A stretch of DNA of 63,332 nt, filler included, from Globobulimina sp. (GCA_003354225.1; 28 parts of 28 records of this genome joined end to end with filler, not necessarily neighbours in it); one strand, 5' to 3'. Counted from the whole stretch's first letter, positions 10,140-22,524 are shown. The notes: generated by a model from the sequence alone, not told the origin. Translations and numbers: made by a program.

Positions 10140-11120
10140 TCAGTAAAGATGTGAACATTGTTGAGAATGAATATATTTCCAATGTTTTTTCTGGTGATTT
10201 CTGCAACAATAATGAATTAATTTACATCCTTTGCACTTATTTTTGACATTAAATCCATTTTGTTTTTTGTCGCATATTAGCCAACCACACGTATGTTCTC
10301 TCCATGAATTTACAAGTTTATGCAGCGACACTTTGTTTACATCAACGAATAACCGACATGCATTTTTGCCAAACTCTTTGCCAATGCATTTCGCCAAATC
10401 ATCGCGTAACGTTAATCCGCCATTCTTTTCCGCATAAAAAATGCATTCATTAACTAATAAATAACCGCCCTTTAAACCTCTGTGGTGTTTAACATTAATT
10501 TGAATTAAATGTTTTAGCAATTTACATAATTTATGTTTAGCGTATTCGAAATGTACAGCCTTCCAATATTTGATTGTTAGCAAGAAATAAATCATAAAAT
10601 CCAACAATTGATCATCGTTTGATATTGCCGCTTTAGCACTGATATTAATTATTGCAGCAATTAATGCGCAAATATATGCATTGGATAACTCCCTATTTTT
10701 ATCTGTAAATATACGTTCAATCACTAAAATATTTTCAGTGATTAGATCCGAAATGAAATGCAAATCAAATAACATATGCATATGATGTCGTTTTTCAACG
10801 GACACCAAATTTCGGAGCTTGGTCGCCATCAATAACAAAAAAGATGCAAAGTTGTTCGGATTGAGAATACATTCAAAACCAAGCATATCTAGGGTTGCTT
10901 TCCGAATCACCAGCATATCAGTAGCATATCCCACAAATTCTACTTTACAACTGCCAAATACTGATTTGTTAGCTGCCGGTATCGCAGACAGAATGTATCT
11001 CCATCCCAACTGTCTTTCTTTCATGTTTCGTAAATCAAATTGCTTCCCTCGGTGGTGGAAAGTGCACGGTTCGGTAAAAAGAAATTTCTTTTTTAATACC
11101 ATGATTCTTGCTTCATTCAT
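10140..11120 (-). CDS. MYND zinc-finger protein
   Basis: C-terminal CGWLIC...CKGCKLIHYCCRNHQKKHWKYIHSQQC. Confidence 0.88.
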   Translation of the reverse strand: MNEARIMVLKKKFLFTEPCTFHHRGKQFDLRNMKERQLGWRYILSAIPAANKSVFGSCKVEFVGYATDMLVIRKATLDMLGFECILNPNNFASFLLLMATKLRNLVSVEKRHHMHMLFDLHFISDLITENILVIERIFTDKNRELSNAYICALIAAIINISAKAAISNDDQLLDFMIYFLLTIKYWKAVHFEYAKHKLCKLLKHLIQINVKHHRGLKGGYLLVNECIFYAEKNGGLTLRDDLAKCIGKEFGKNACRLFVDVNKVSLHKLVNSWREHTCGWLICDKKQNGFNVKNKCKGCKLIHYCCRNHQKKHWKYIHSQQCSHLY

Positions 11121-11333
11121 TGATGTAACAGGGGGGGGGGGGGGGCCCCTTCTCCCATTTTTTTTAAAAAAAATTTTTTGTAAAAACCACCTTTATTTAA
11201 TAAAAAAAAAACCAAATTAAAATAAAAAAATTANNNNNNNNNNNNNNNNNNNNNNNNNNNNNNNNNNNNNNNNNNNNTTAATTAATTAANNNNNNNNNNN
11301 NNNNNNNNNNNNNNNNNNNNNNNNNNNNNNNNN

Positions 11334-11432
11334 TTTTAGACATTTCTCATACATTATTTTATAATATTCTTCTTCTTCTTGTTCTTGTCCTTCTGGTGTG
11401 TTGCTTGATAATTTTGTCTCAGTTAAAATCAT
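11334..11432 (-). CDS. Possible 5' end of a hypothetical gene (truncated by contig edge)
   Basis: ATG at 11432 opens MILTETKLSSNTPEGQEQEEEEYYKIMYEKCLK up to the edge. Confidence 0.35.
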
Positions 11433-12002
11433 TTTGTATGTAAATAAATTCCAATACAATCGACAGATATTATATCAATGTCTTTTAGTATACAGAAGAA
11501 TAACTAATACAATCAATTCTGTTTGAAACTTCACTTATGAGTTGTTTGCTGATTATGAGTTTTGAAATGGATAACTTTCAATTCTGAAATTATGAAATAA
11601 ATGATTATGAATTTTTGAAATTATGAAATTGTTATATCATTTTACTGCAATAATATTATTTTAGCATTGGATAAAATCAATTTGTACAGTGTGTAATACA
11701 TGAAATCCATGAAATATTTGTTGATAAATATCCGTTATAATATTGATAAAATTGAGAAAATCGTCATGTTCGATGTTAAAATTGCTTTTTTGTCACAAAT
11801 TCTTTTCGAATTAACCAGTTAATTTAGTTAAAATACCGTATATCCGCATGATTAAGAAATCGAAAGTATAAAAATTTAAAATAATGCAAATACTGAAGAC
11901 AAACCTTGAAAAACAAAAAAAAAAGAAAGAGTATCAAACAATAAAATAATCAACAAACTCAATAATAATTGCAAAAAAATAAAATAAAAAAATAAAAATA
12001 AA

Positions 12003-13499
12003 TCACATAATAAGACAATCGTCAGCATCCTCTAACTCATTTAACTCAGAATGCGTTAATTTGGGCCAATTCGATTGTATCTCCTGATAATTTTTTAATT
12101 TCCCAACATTCACAAATTCTTTTTTAAATTTCTTAATATATTGCTTCACGCTTTCAATTTGTTTATAGTTTAATTGCACAAATTTATCACACCATTTCTT
12201 ATCATATTTATTAAATATAACACATAACGAAATATCATGTCCTGTAAAATCGCCATATCTGCCATATTTACTATATTTATCACACGCCGTCACATCAAAT
12301 ATAACGCCGTAAATTGATATTAATTTCCGACCACTGTTATAACCATGAAATGTATGCAAAATATCCAATGAAATAACACCCATTTCTTGCGGTGTAACAA
12401 TGAAATTATTTAAATCCGTATCGGTGGAATTAAACAACGAAAATAAAACACCGAACATTCCATTTCGTTTCTATTATAACATCAAAGTAAGCACAAAATG
12501 TGTGAACTGTTCTTATCATAGTCATTATGCGTAAAAATTACTGTTTTCCGCATAATATTAAATTGCTCAAAAACCCGAGCTTTATATAATTTTTACAAAC
12601 CTGTTCATTATTTGCTTGTTTTTGGTTTAATAAATGTAAATATTTTTGTTTCTCAGTTTGAATTTCATCCTCTTTGTCTTTTATGATATTATCATATTTT
12701 ATGTTACTTTGATTCATCATATTTTCATATTTTTGATGATTGTCATTCAATTTCATATCATATTCATTGACGACTTGATTTAATTTTGTTTTATATTCTT
12801 CCTCCAAATCAGTTTCCAATTCCATTTGAAATATTTTGTTTTGTTTAATTTCATTCTCATATTTATCTCTCCATTTATTTGATGACGCATTTAAATCTGA
12901 AATGTCTTGCTTTAAATCTTTAATTTCTTGCGTTAATTTTTTGATTTCTTGCTTAATATTTATATTTATATTAATGTGCGTTTTTGAAATGGACAACTTT
13001 GCAGTTTGTAGCGTTGATATTTGTGTCATGGCATTTTCATGCAATAACATTAATATTTTGGGTAATTTTTCATTTTTAAGCATTTCGTAATAATCAATTT
13101 GTCCATTCTGTAATACATCAAATCCATCAAATATTTGCTGATAAATATCCGTTGTAATTCCGATGAAAACCTTTTCGAATCCAACTAAAAACTCATTGTA
13201 ATTAATGAGTGGAACATTTGTGATTTCACCAAAGCAATGTCAGAGTTTTTGGATTAGCGAAACAAAAATCGTTTCTACTTAACAACAAGACTTTGTTGGT
13301 TTGGGTCTGATTCATTATTATTATTATTATTATTGTTATGATGCAATAATTTCGATGCAATGTCGCGATGAAAATATGTGATTTGTGACATTGAATAATT
13401 ATGTAATATTATTAAGATTTGTGGCAATCGAACATCATTTAATAATAAGTTGCAATTTATTGTATTGTCATATGATGCAACAAACCCATCATATATTTG
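12003..13499 (-). CDS. EF-hand-like repeats + coiled coil + cytochrome b5-like heme/steroid-binding (MAPR-type) domain; 5' truncated, frame break near 13240-13280
   Basis: A phase-0 intron (12600-12471) joins the coiled-coil exon to LISIYGVIFDVT...Y...GRYGDFTGHDIS. Upstream of 13083 the frame reads QIFDGFDVLQNGQIDYYEM (EF loop), and a diverged copy (QIYDGFVASYDNTINCNLLLNDVRLPQIL) lies near 13499. Confidence 0.75.
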
Positions 13500-13599
13500 N
13501 NNNNNNNNNNNNNNNNNNNNNNNNNNNNNNNNNNNNNNNNNNNTTAATTAATTAANNNNNNNNNNNNNNNNNNNNNNNNNNNNNNNNNNNNNNNNNNNN

Positions 13600-14361
13600 G
13601 ATTTAATATTTAGCGCCTATCAGAAAAATATAAATGAATGCATCGAACGAGAGTTGCTTCAATTTACAACAATTCATGATGAGAAATGGAATAAAAAGCA
13701 AGCTTTGTCGAGGATTCGCTCATTTTTGATTGATGGACATGGCATATCGAGGATGCGTTCGTTTATAACCAATAAACTTAGCAAGCAAACTACAACCAGG
13801 AAACGTTTGGGAGAGCTCGGGATTCCTGACACGGAGAGTCGCGATCAAACTGAAGACGAGGATGAAAGTCTAAGTCTACAAACGGATATTGATGTTACAG
13901 TTACTGAAACAAAAACGAACGTAGATACACAAGAAGTTTCTTTAAGTTCAGCCGATGAAGACATTTTAGAAAATATTTGTTGTGAAATTGTCGGCGATGT
14001 AGAAGAAGGTAGCGAGATTGTGCAAAGTAATGAGAATGATGCAAAAGATGATATTGATATTGGTGTTGATGCAAAGAAAAGAATATTGCCAAATAGCAGA
14101 ACATTTGAAGATAACGGAGAGAATAAAGATGAGCATGATGACATTAAAGGTGATGTAAATATTAATATAAATGTTGGTATGGATATGCAAAGAAGATATG
14201 ATGATGATAATGGAATAGAAACAGTACATTTATCACCCTTTGATCGCATCATTTTTTCGGGACCTAAGCGGTTCGTAGAAGAGTTTTTGGAGTGGTTAAA
14301 ATCCGCAGATGATTTGCAATTGTCTAAACTTGGTGGGAAACAAATTATATCTCTTGATTGA
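13600..14361 (+). CDS. Hypothetical protein, acidic C-terminal part (5' truncated)
   Basis: Long open frame with D/E-rich composition; no motif recognised. Confidence 0.65.
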   Translation, partial: DLIFSAYQKNINECIERELLQFTTIHDEKWNKKQALSRIRSFLIDGHGISRMRSFITNKLSKQTTTRKRLGELGIPDTESRDQTEDEDESLSLQTDIDVTVTETKTNVDTQEVSLSSADEDILENICCEIVGDVEEGSEIVQSNENDAKDDIDIGVDAKKRILPNSRTFEDNGENKDEHDDIKGDVNININVGMDMQRRYDDDNGIETVHLSPFDRIIFSGPKRFVEEFLEWLKSADDLQLSKLGGKQIISLD

Positions 14362-14973
14362 TTTGTAACGTTTTATATATATTATATATCTATATATCAA
14401 TCCAATATTAATCAATGATATTAATTATTAAATATTAATTAAGCATAAATATATTACACTTTTGAGTTGTTGTCCGAAATGACAATATAATTATTATTTT
14501 TTTTTTAATTGTTTATTTTTCATTTGATAACAATATTATTTTGTGGATGTTTGAATGTCTGTACATATTGTTTATTTTAAATATGAATGATTTTTTGGTG
14601 GTGTTTGTTATTGTTTATTTTTCTTGATAACAACGCCGCGAACACAACCAGTTTCAAAGGATTTATGTGCATCATACTACGCGAGAACGCTGCATCCGCT
14701 TATCACCAGCAATTGATAGGCACATCCACGGGTGATACATGTCGATGTTAGTGCGGTGGGGGGGAAATTTATTTCTTAAGTTTTGAAGAAGGATTTTAGT
14801 ACTGTACTGTAGCAAATTTAAGTAGTGCAATCAGCGAATGGCGAATTCAGACGATTCTACAACATCGCAATTAACAACTGTTCTGTGTGTACAAACAGTG
14901 CTAAACTGTGTGGCAATGGTTTGTTTTGGTATATCGTTTTTGTCATTGATGTATCATTTTTATTTTCGACCTA

Positions 14974-15765
14974 ATGTGCATTATTAATTTTATACGTTAT
15001 TCAGTGTTGTCATATTCATTTTTATATTTTATATCATTTATAATGGCCATAACAATGAGTGTTGATGAGTATAGTGAATTAATCAAAGCTGACAATTTAA
15101 ATTATTTGTCATCGTTGCAGTATGCAAGAATATATGTGATAAACAACACAATTTGGAGTATGGCACGTATGTCTTTTTTTATATTATGGGTAGGAAGACA
15201 TTACTATTCATTCGAAGGAAGTGTCTATCAATCAAAAAAAATAACATATGTGTTATTAATATCCGGTGTAATATTAATGTTTCTAGTTTTAATGTTTATA
15301 AATATTGTAATATTTGCACTGGGATACGTAGATAACAATTCTACTGTTTTATTATCATTGGTGTTGACATTTGGCATTTTAGAATTTATTATTGCTACTT
15401 GCATTATTTACTTATTCGTACATAAATTATTTAAATTAATTTTGGATACGACAAACTATGACGAAATTCTTGATGTGCACTGCAACCAAAAACGTTTAGG
15501 TATATTCTATTAATTTGGATAATATAAATAATTAATTTTAGCAAAATGTGCTACATAGAATCCACTGCAATATCAATATATGATGTTGATGCAGTACAAG
15601 ATGAGATAAATGAGGATTCTGTTGAACTTGCACTGAATACAGATGCTTACACAGTGGCTTTAAATGCAAATAATATTAACAAACATAATAATGATAATGA
15701 GGGCAATGATAGGTTACTGATTCGAGGAATGTCGAGTGCGTCAAAAATGTCATTACTTAAAAGAT
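14974..15765 (+). CDS. Multi-pass membrane protein (7TM-like), with an intron near 15500-15560, 3' truncated
   Basis: Several hydrophobic helices, then a GT...AG intron and a hydrophilic loop exon. Confidence 0.65.
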
Positions 15766-15865
15766 NNNNNNNNNNNNNNNNNNNNNNNNNNNNNNNNNNN
15801 NNNNNNNNNTTAATTAATTAANNNNNNNNNNNNNNNNNNNNNNNNNNNNNNNNNNNNNNNNNNNN

Positions 15866-18024
15866 TAAAATCCGGTTCAATTTGTCATAATCCACTTTAT
15901 CCTGTTTGTCATCGCCCGCGTTCCACGAATTGCGTTTGATTTTGTTGCGATCAAAGAAGCGATTCTTCAAATTTTTCGGTGGAAACAACAACAACGACTC
16001 TCGCTTTTTGATCACACGATGTTTAATGCCCAATCTCTGATATTTATCCTCCTCGCTCGCCTCGTCAGAATCGAACGTTTTCGATTTGGTCATCATATTC
16101 ATGCTCACACCGCTCTTCAGAGCGGAGCTGGTCACATTGACCGCGTTGTTATTCTTGCATCGATTGGTCCAAAGCGGTCGTTTGTGTTTCTTCGACAATG
16201 AGTCCGGTAAACTTTTGCGTTTCTTCAAGTCGTGCAGGGCCTTCTTATGATGGCTTCGTTTGATGCTGACCCGCTTTTTCAAGCGATGCAAACCTTCGTT
16301 AACGCCATGCGGTGCACTGATGGCCAAAGGTATGGGTATCGGCACGTATTTGTTTACTTTATTGATTTTACTGTGCACAGCCACAGGAATTATAGGCGAA
16401 ATGGGCGAAATTATGCTGTTATTTTTAAGCGTTTCGAATTTGAGTTTGCTTTGCAACTCTTGAATGCGCAGGTTTTTCTCGCGCAATTTCTTGTTGATCT
16501 CCTTTTCGTTGGTCGACACTTTGCTGGCCATGGCTCCCCCGCTGCTTTTTAATAACAACAACTGCTTTTTCATATTGTTCATCTCTTGCTGTTGGACCAA
16601 GGACTTCCTCCGAGCCTCATCGAGCTCTAACTGCGTTTTCTGGAGTTGCGGTTTGTACTTTTTCTCCATTTCTTGGCGCGCTTTCTTCTCAGCTTCGTAT
16701 TGACTCGATTTCGCCGCTTGGGTTAGATTTTAAAAATATTTCTTGGCCGAACCCCCCGCGAACGGTTTGCGTTTATAAATGTTGAATAAGTCATTCTTTT
16801 TGATGGATTTGGGCAGTTCCGACCGACTGTGTCGATGTTTATTGCTGTTGCTGTTGCTTTTTTTGATCATTTTCGACATATTGCCGATGGTATTGGAGCG
16901 TTGCTGGCCTTGCCGCTGTTGTTGTGGTGGCGGGAAAGGCGTAGTGTTGGCGGTGGAGGCCAAGGTGGACGGCGTTTTTATTCGTTGCGAGCCGCGATGT
17001 GAGATTGGATGTGGTTCGCTGTCATTGGAAGAATTGTATGTATCGTTATCACTGTCATCTGTTTGTATATTGTATAGGTATTATGCGATTTTGCGTGGAC
17101 ACATTAGTGACATTACAATGAGAACATACCAGATCGAATCACCACTGAAGAGGGCGTCATGTCGCCTACCTGCGGTATGGGTGATTTTTTAGTGTTATGT
17201 CTGCGCCGTCGATAGCTTTTTTTCTTCATTAAACTGCGAGTTATAGCTTGGGTGTCGGGGAAGGATGATTTTAAACTATTTTTGGCAGCAATTAGTTGCA
17301 TTGGATCGATTTGGTTATCTTCGGCTTCGTCGTCGGTGTAATCAGGGATATCAATCTCATTATATCTTTCTTGCAAAGGTAAATCGTTGAAATTAATAAT
17401 ATCACTTTCGTCCAAGGGAGAGGACAAAATCTCGCGTACAGTGCCACTAAAATTGCTGTCGTTCATTATATTTGCATTTGGATTTGAATGTGCATTGATT
17501 TTGTGGTGCATATTGGTGTGGTCTTCGTTTGTGTTTTTGTTGATTGTGTCGAGCGCGTCATACAATGATGATTTTTGCTGTAAATGTTTGTGGACGCGTT
17601 CTTCAAAGAAATCTTTCATGATATCTTTCTGTGATGGGATGTCGCCATCGATTACTTCCAAACTGTCATCTAAGACGTATTTAGAAATGGTGTCGTTTCG
17701 GTTATGGTATAAGTTGTTGTTTTGGTTTGAAATGGAGGCTAATGAATTATTATGAATATGCGCAAAATTATTGTTCTTTGGAACATGTTCATGTTGGAAT
17801 ATATTACTCCCATTTCCAGCGCCTATATCTTCGAAAAATCGATAATGTTCAGAGGTACTATTATGTGGTACATGGTGTATAAAGTTGGAGGAATCTTGCT
17901 TTTCATGGAATATTCTGTTGTTATTATAATTGTTGTGATGATTATAATTATTGTTTTTTTTATTTTTCGTTATTTTCATTGAATTTCCTGTCCGGATCTT
18001 TGATTTCCCGTTGTTGTGAGTCAT
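15866..18024 (-). CDS. Low-complexity Asn/His/Lys-rich coiled-coil protein (intron 17129-17059; one in-frame TAA at 16732-16730)
   Basis: Three ORF-track pieces join through one phase-1 intron and one in-frame stop (KKYF*NLTQAAK...MEKK). Confidence 0.65.
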
Positions 18025-18471
18025 AGAGCCGNNNNNNNNNNNNNNNNNNNNNNNNNNNNNNNNNNNNNNNNNNNNTTAATTAATTAANNNNNNNNNNNNN
18101 NNNNNNNNNNNNNNNNNNNNNNNNNNNNNNNGTGAAAATGAAATGATAAAATTCTTGATAAAAAAACTTTCGGATTTTATTTATCTTTCGGATTTTTATC
18201 GAAACGGGAATTTTATCATTTCATAATTTTCATTTTCTGCTAAGACATGTAATCGGATTTAACCCACCGCTTAATTTTCCTACTACTTAACAGACTCCTG
18301 TCATTCTACAAAATAGCATGTACACGAAAATAACCAGTTATACGCAGATATCATCACTGATTATGGCGGATATGTAGATAGAAAATGTGTAGGATTTGTG
18401 TGTTGAAAAAATAGAAGTATTAGTTCAATGTACTAGACACCATAACAAACAATAAAATGTAAAAAAAAATA

Positions 18472-20193
18472 TCATTGATTCCCTTGCCATTTATAATTAT
18501 TTCTATCAGACTGTCGATAATTATTCCTACCATTATTCCTACCATATCCACCATAATTATTATTATTACTATTTCTCTCATAACCATTATTGCCATTATA
18601 TCTGGAACCGCTGGTTTCAAATTTCCTGACATCCAACCTATTGTCTTTTTGCATTGACTTTGTCCGTAATGGATGCTGTGATATCAATCTCGTGGCCATC
18701 TCAATGGTCTGCACAGGAATGGGTGCCACCGTCGCCATGTTTCCATACCATCGTATCGCCGGAGGTCGAAAATTTGCAAATTTAATTTTATATTCTTGTT
18801 CAATCTCCGATAATATCTGTGGAATATTCATATCCTGCGTAAAACCGCGAATATATAATAATGTCTCCGGGTCATGCCCAGGTCGCCGATTATGCCCATA
18901 TTGATTCTCACTATTCATCTCATTCTGATTCTGATTCTGATTATAATTATGATTATAATCATTTTGCTCACATTTTCGAACATCATTATAGCTCTGCGAC
19001 TGTTTCTGTTTCTGATTATGATTCGGAGATTGCAATGAATGTGCTTCCGCATTGTGTACCACCTGATTCTGATTCTGATTGGGAGATTTCACATTATTTT
19101 TTTCTGCGGCGGGTCCATTGCAATCCCACCACTCGATCCATGCCTTATGTTTGCGCCTTCCCTCCTCGCTGATCTTTAGCATCTTTTCCCGTTTAAACAA
19201 ATCCGAATCGATTAACTTATCCAAATTGGACTGAATCCACCACGACTTCATATCCAATGCCACGCCAAACTTACTCTTAAACTCAATGCCCAACTCCTTG
19301 ATGCTCAGCTTATTCGTGCCCTGCTCCGTCAATATACAAATCATTTGATGCTTGACACTCAGCGAATAAACCTTCCATGACTCGCGTAGCGGGAACGACG
19401 GCTCATCTTTGCATAAACGAATATAATCCTCATTCTCATTGCGATATTTCTTAAACACATAGTTATGAATGTCATTGCACATCTTAGTGGACAGCTCATT
19501 CACTTGCAATCCAATGCAATATCTGAATAATTTCTCGACTTGGTCTGATTTCAAGCCCTCAGGGTGCAATCCACTGAATGTCTTATGTATTTTCTCGCGA
19601 ATAAGCACTTCCTGATGTTTTCGGTCGTAGCTGTTGAAAAAGCCTAAAATGTCCACAATCTCCCAGAAATAATATTTTTCGTCCCATTTTTTACTGTAAG
19701 TGGTGTCGTCTAAGCCATACAGCGCAAAGTAAGGATTTTCCCGTTTGCTGATCCATTTCAATGGATTCGATTCGATGATGTTATCGTTGGATAATTCTAA
19801 AGGTTCTCTGAAGTGATTGTAATATTTGGGATACAAATCGCCGACATTTATTGGGTGCGGCCATTCTGTGAATAGAAGATATGCAACATTCTTATATTGG
19901 TCGTCTGAGGATGTTGTGTGTTTTTGTCCGTTTTTGTTATTGTGCTGGTCATCAATATATGGACGCGATTTGTGTGTTTTTTGTGTATTTTGTGTTTTGA
20001 GTGCTTTGCGTGGTGGGGACAATCGGTGTTGTTTTGCTTTTGTATTATCGGCCTGATTTGTACCGTGTGTATACGCATTGGCATCGAGTTCACATTTTTT
20101 TTCCTCCGCCGAATGATAGTCCACCACTGAATTGTTTTTATTGCCATCGTCCGGAATATCTGGCAATTGCAGATTTTCATTGTTATTATTCAT
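18472..20193 (-). CDS. Putative LOTUS/OST-HTH-repeat + RRM-like RNA-binding protein with G/Y/R/N tail
   Basis: 573-aa ORF with three spaced winged-helix-like segments (PINVGDLYPKYYNHFREPL, GLKSDQVEKLFRYCIGLQV, KLSIKELGIEFKSKFGVAL) and an RRM-like LLYIRGFTQDM...RLDVRK segment. Confidence 0.6.
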   Translation of the reverse strand: MNNNNENLQLPDIPDDGNKNNSVVDYHSAEEKKCELDANAYTHGTNQADNTKAKQHRLSPPRKALKTQNTQKTHKSRPYIDDQHNNKNGQKHTTSSDDQYKNVAYLLFTEWPHPINVGDLYPKYYNHFREPLELSNDNIIESNPLKWISKRENPYFALYGLDDTTYSKKWDEKYYFWEIVDILGFFNSYDRKHQEVLIREKIHKTFSGLHPEGLKSDQVEKLFRYCIGLQVNELSTKMCNDIHNYVFKKYRNENEDYIRLCKDEPSFPLRESWKVYSLSVKHQMICILTEQGTNKLSIKELGIEFKSKFGVALDMKSWWIQSNLDKLIDSDLFKREKMLKISEEGRRKHKAWIEWWDCNGPAAEKNNVKSPNQNQNQVVHNAEAHSLQSPNHNQKQKQSQSYNDVRKCEQNDYNHNYNQNQNQNEMNSENQYGHNRRPGHDPETLLYIRGFTQDMNIPQILSEIEQEYKIKFANFRPPAIRWYGNMATVAPIPVQTIEMATRLISQHPLRTKSMQKDNRLDVRKFETSGSRYNGNNGYERNSNNNNYGGYGRNNGRNNYRQSDRNNYKWQGNQ

Positions 20194-20397
20194 TTTATTT
20201 TCGTTGTAATTGCTGTTATTTGATGAATGATAATTATTTACCAGCGGTATCGAATTGTTATTATAAGTATTTGATGGTTGTGATAGAAATAATTGATNNN
20301 NNNNNNNNNNNNNNNNNNNNNNNNNNNNNNNNNNNNNNNNNTTAATTAATTAANNNNNNNNNNNNNNNNNNNNNNNNNNNNNNNNNNNNNNNNNNNN

Positions 20398-21060
20398 TCA
20401 GTTGCATAGATATTTACTTTTGAATAAGGAGATAAATTTGTGCTTTTCATTGCCATCCAACAAATACAACTAATCGTAAATACATTTAAGATTACTGAGA
20501 TGACAGCGATTAAATCTTTAAATCCAGTAATTTCCACAATGTAATTATTTGATGGCTTACTATGTGGTATTTGTGGTAATAGAGGCAACTCAGTGTCTGC
20601 AGTGGCGAACCCATCCCCAAACTCACAAATATAACCATATGGGTGATCACAATTATAATCATTAAGAGTTCCATACGACCAAATACTGCACAATCTTCAT
20701 TTCCACCCGCATCATTTGGTTCACCTGTTGCCCATTGAGGGATATCATCACAATCCGGCACAGTGGACGAGGATGGTGCACTTTAATATTTATAATTTTA
20801 TACAAAAGAAAATATATATATTAATATAATTATATATATATATTAACGAATACCAATAACTATGATCACCATCTACAAATTCCCAGTCACCTTCTCGACC
20901 TAAATCGTCTAAACCAATCCAAGTAGAACCAGCAATTTGATGTCGTATACTTTTTAATTGCTCAAATTCTGCGGCATTTGCAAATGATGCTAATTGCCCA
21001 CCAAAACAGCTACATCTAACTTTTGCTGTCTTTTAAGTCACGGTTCACCTCTACCTACAA
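20398..21060 (-). pseudogene. C-type lectin membrane protein, disrupted
   Basis: C..FGGQLAS, TWIGLDD...EGDWEFVDG, WATGEPNDAGGNEDC, LNDYNC...YICE and a TM helix. A 1-nt frameshift lies near 20685 and an in-frame TGA near 21040. Confidence 0.8.
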
Positions 21061-21612
21061 AAAGTTTACATTCTAATTGCAAATAAAATGACGAAATCAA
21101 TACTGCCAAATACGTATACATATTGATATTGTCAAATGCAAGTACTTCAACAACGCCAACGAACGGGGATTAGTGTTTGAGGATTTAGTGTCGTGGTTTA
21201 TTTTCTGTGCCGTAAAAACTGTGTTAAAAATAACATAAGATTGCATCGTATGTTTCATAAAGAGCCCTGTGTTCAGCGTCAGATTTTTATTGGGGTAAGG
21301 TATAAGCAAACCGTTTCTGGTGACTGATAAAGCTAAAAATAATATAGGTTTGCCTTCGTTTCTGAGAAAAAACAAAAATCTGACGCTGAAAACCGAAAAA
21401 TCTGACGCTCTTAATTATAATAGATCTAAATAACTGACTAATGTGTTTTTTTAATGGCACAAACAGTTTTTCGTTCGTCTTTTGGATAGGGAGGACCAAC
21501 CACATTGCTCACAGATGCATTGCAATCATTTGAATGTTTGATTGTACAGTAATTCCCACAGAACTGATTGGATCTGACACCACATGGCTGGATCCACCAT
21601 TAAAAACAACAA

Positions 21613-21688
21613 CAACGCTTAGCTCAAGAAGAGCACTGGAATTGATGGATATGTCCAGAAGATTCAGGTTCAAATCCTGAGGCGATCT
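21613..21688 (+). tRNA. tRNA-like element / pseudo-tRNA
   Basis: TAGCTC-AAGAA-GAGC D-arm, CTGGA...TCCAG anticodon stem with a 13-nt loop, TCAGG-TTCAAAT-CCTGA T-arm and a partly paired acceptor stem. Confidence 0.6.
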
Positions 21689-22461
21689 CAAACGAAAAAG
21701 AAACGAAACAAAAAATGATTGATATTGAGAATAAAAAATGGGAAAATGTATTTGGTGGTAATAAACAGCCACGAAATGCAAAGAAATAATATGATGATGA
21801 CATTGTATATGACATTGAAGTGTCATCATAAGATTTATATTGATTGAAGGATGAAAATGTGGACAATTTAAATTAAATTAAACATTAATTAGATTGAATT
21901 GGATTAGATTGAGAGGAGAGGAGAGGAGAGATTGGATAAAGAAAATATAGAATTGGATGATGGAAATGATGATGCCGTATTGTATGGTTTTGATGACAAA
22001 CATATTTCAATTTTTTTATGTGTTTTGCTCAATTTTTTTTTGTTGTTGATCTGACAGTCAGATCAATCTTATCCTTGCACAAATAAAACATCTTTTTCTT
22101 TTTATCTCAGTTAAAAAAATTAAATAAACGAACTCATAAAACACATAAAAAAAATTGAGCAATTTGGTGCAGTTGAATCACCACGAATAAACAAAACTTC
22201 TAAAAACTGTGCCGTAAAATCACTACTTTGCAGGTTGACATTTCCGCAATGATTGTTCCATAAAACATAGCAAAAGCCCAACACTTCTGTTCCGCAAAAA
22301 ATGTGCCACAATAAACTGAAAAAAAAATACAACACAATAATGCAAAATCTGGATATATCTGGTGTGTTGATTGCAAAAAACTTAACTCTGGTGTGTTTAA
22401 ATCTAACTCTTTACAAAAAACTTAACTCTAAGTCCTTATGTATTGAGGCTGGGCGTTCTAA

Positions 22462-22524
22462 ATAGTTACAAAAATAGTTACACTAACTATTTAGTAACTA
22501 TTTAGTAACTAATTAGTAACTATT
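22462..22524. repeat. Short tandem/inverted TAGTAACTA repeats
   Basis: TAGTTAC twice, followed by three TAGTAACTA units in the opposite orientation. Confidence 0.55.

Noticed and set aside
11130-11233. G-run and A/T-run structure as a regulatory element or G-quadruplex
   Set aside because: It is homopolymer-rich sequence at a contig end following a poly-G, typical of low-quality reads.
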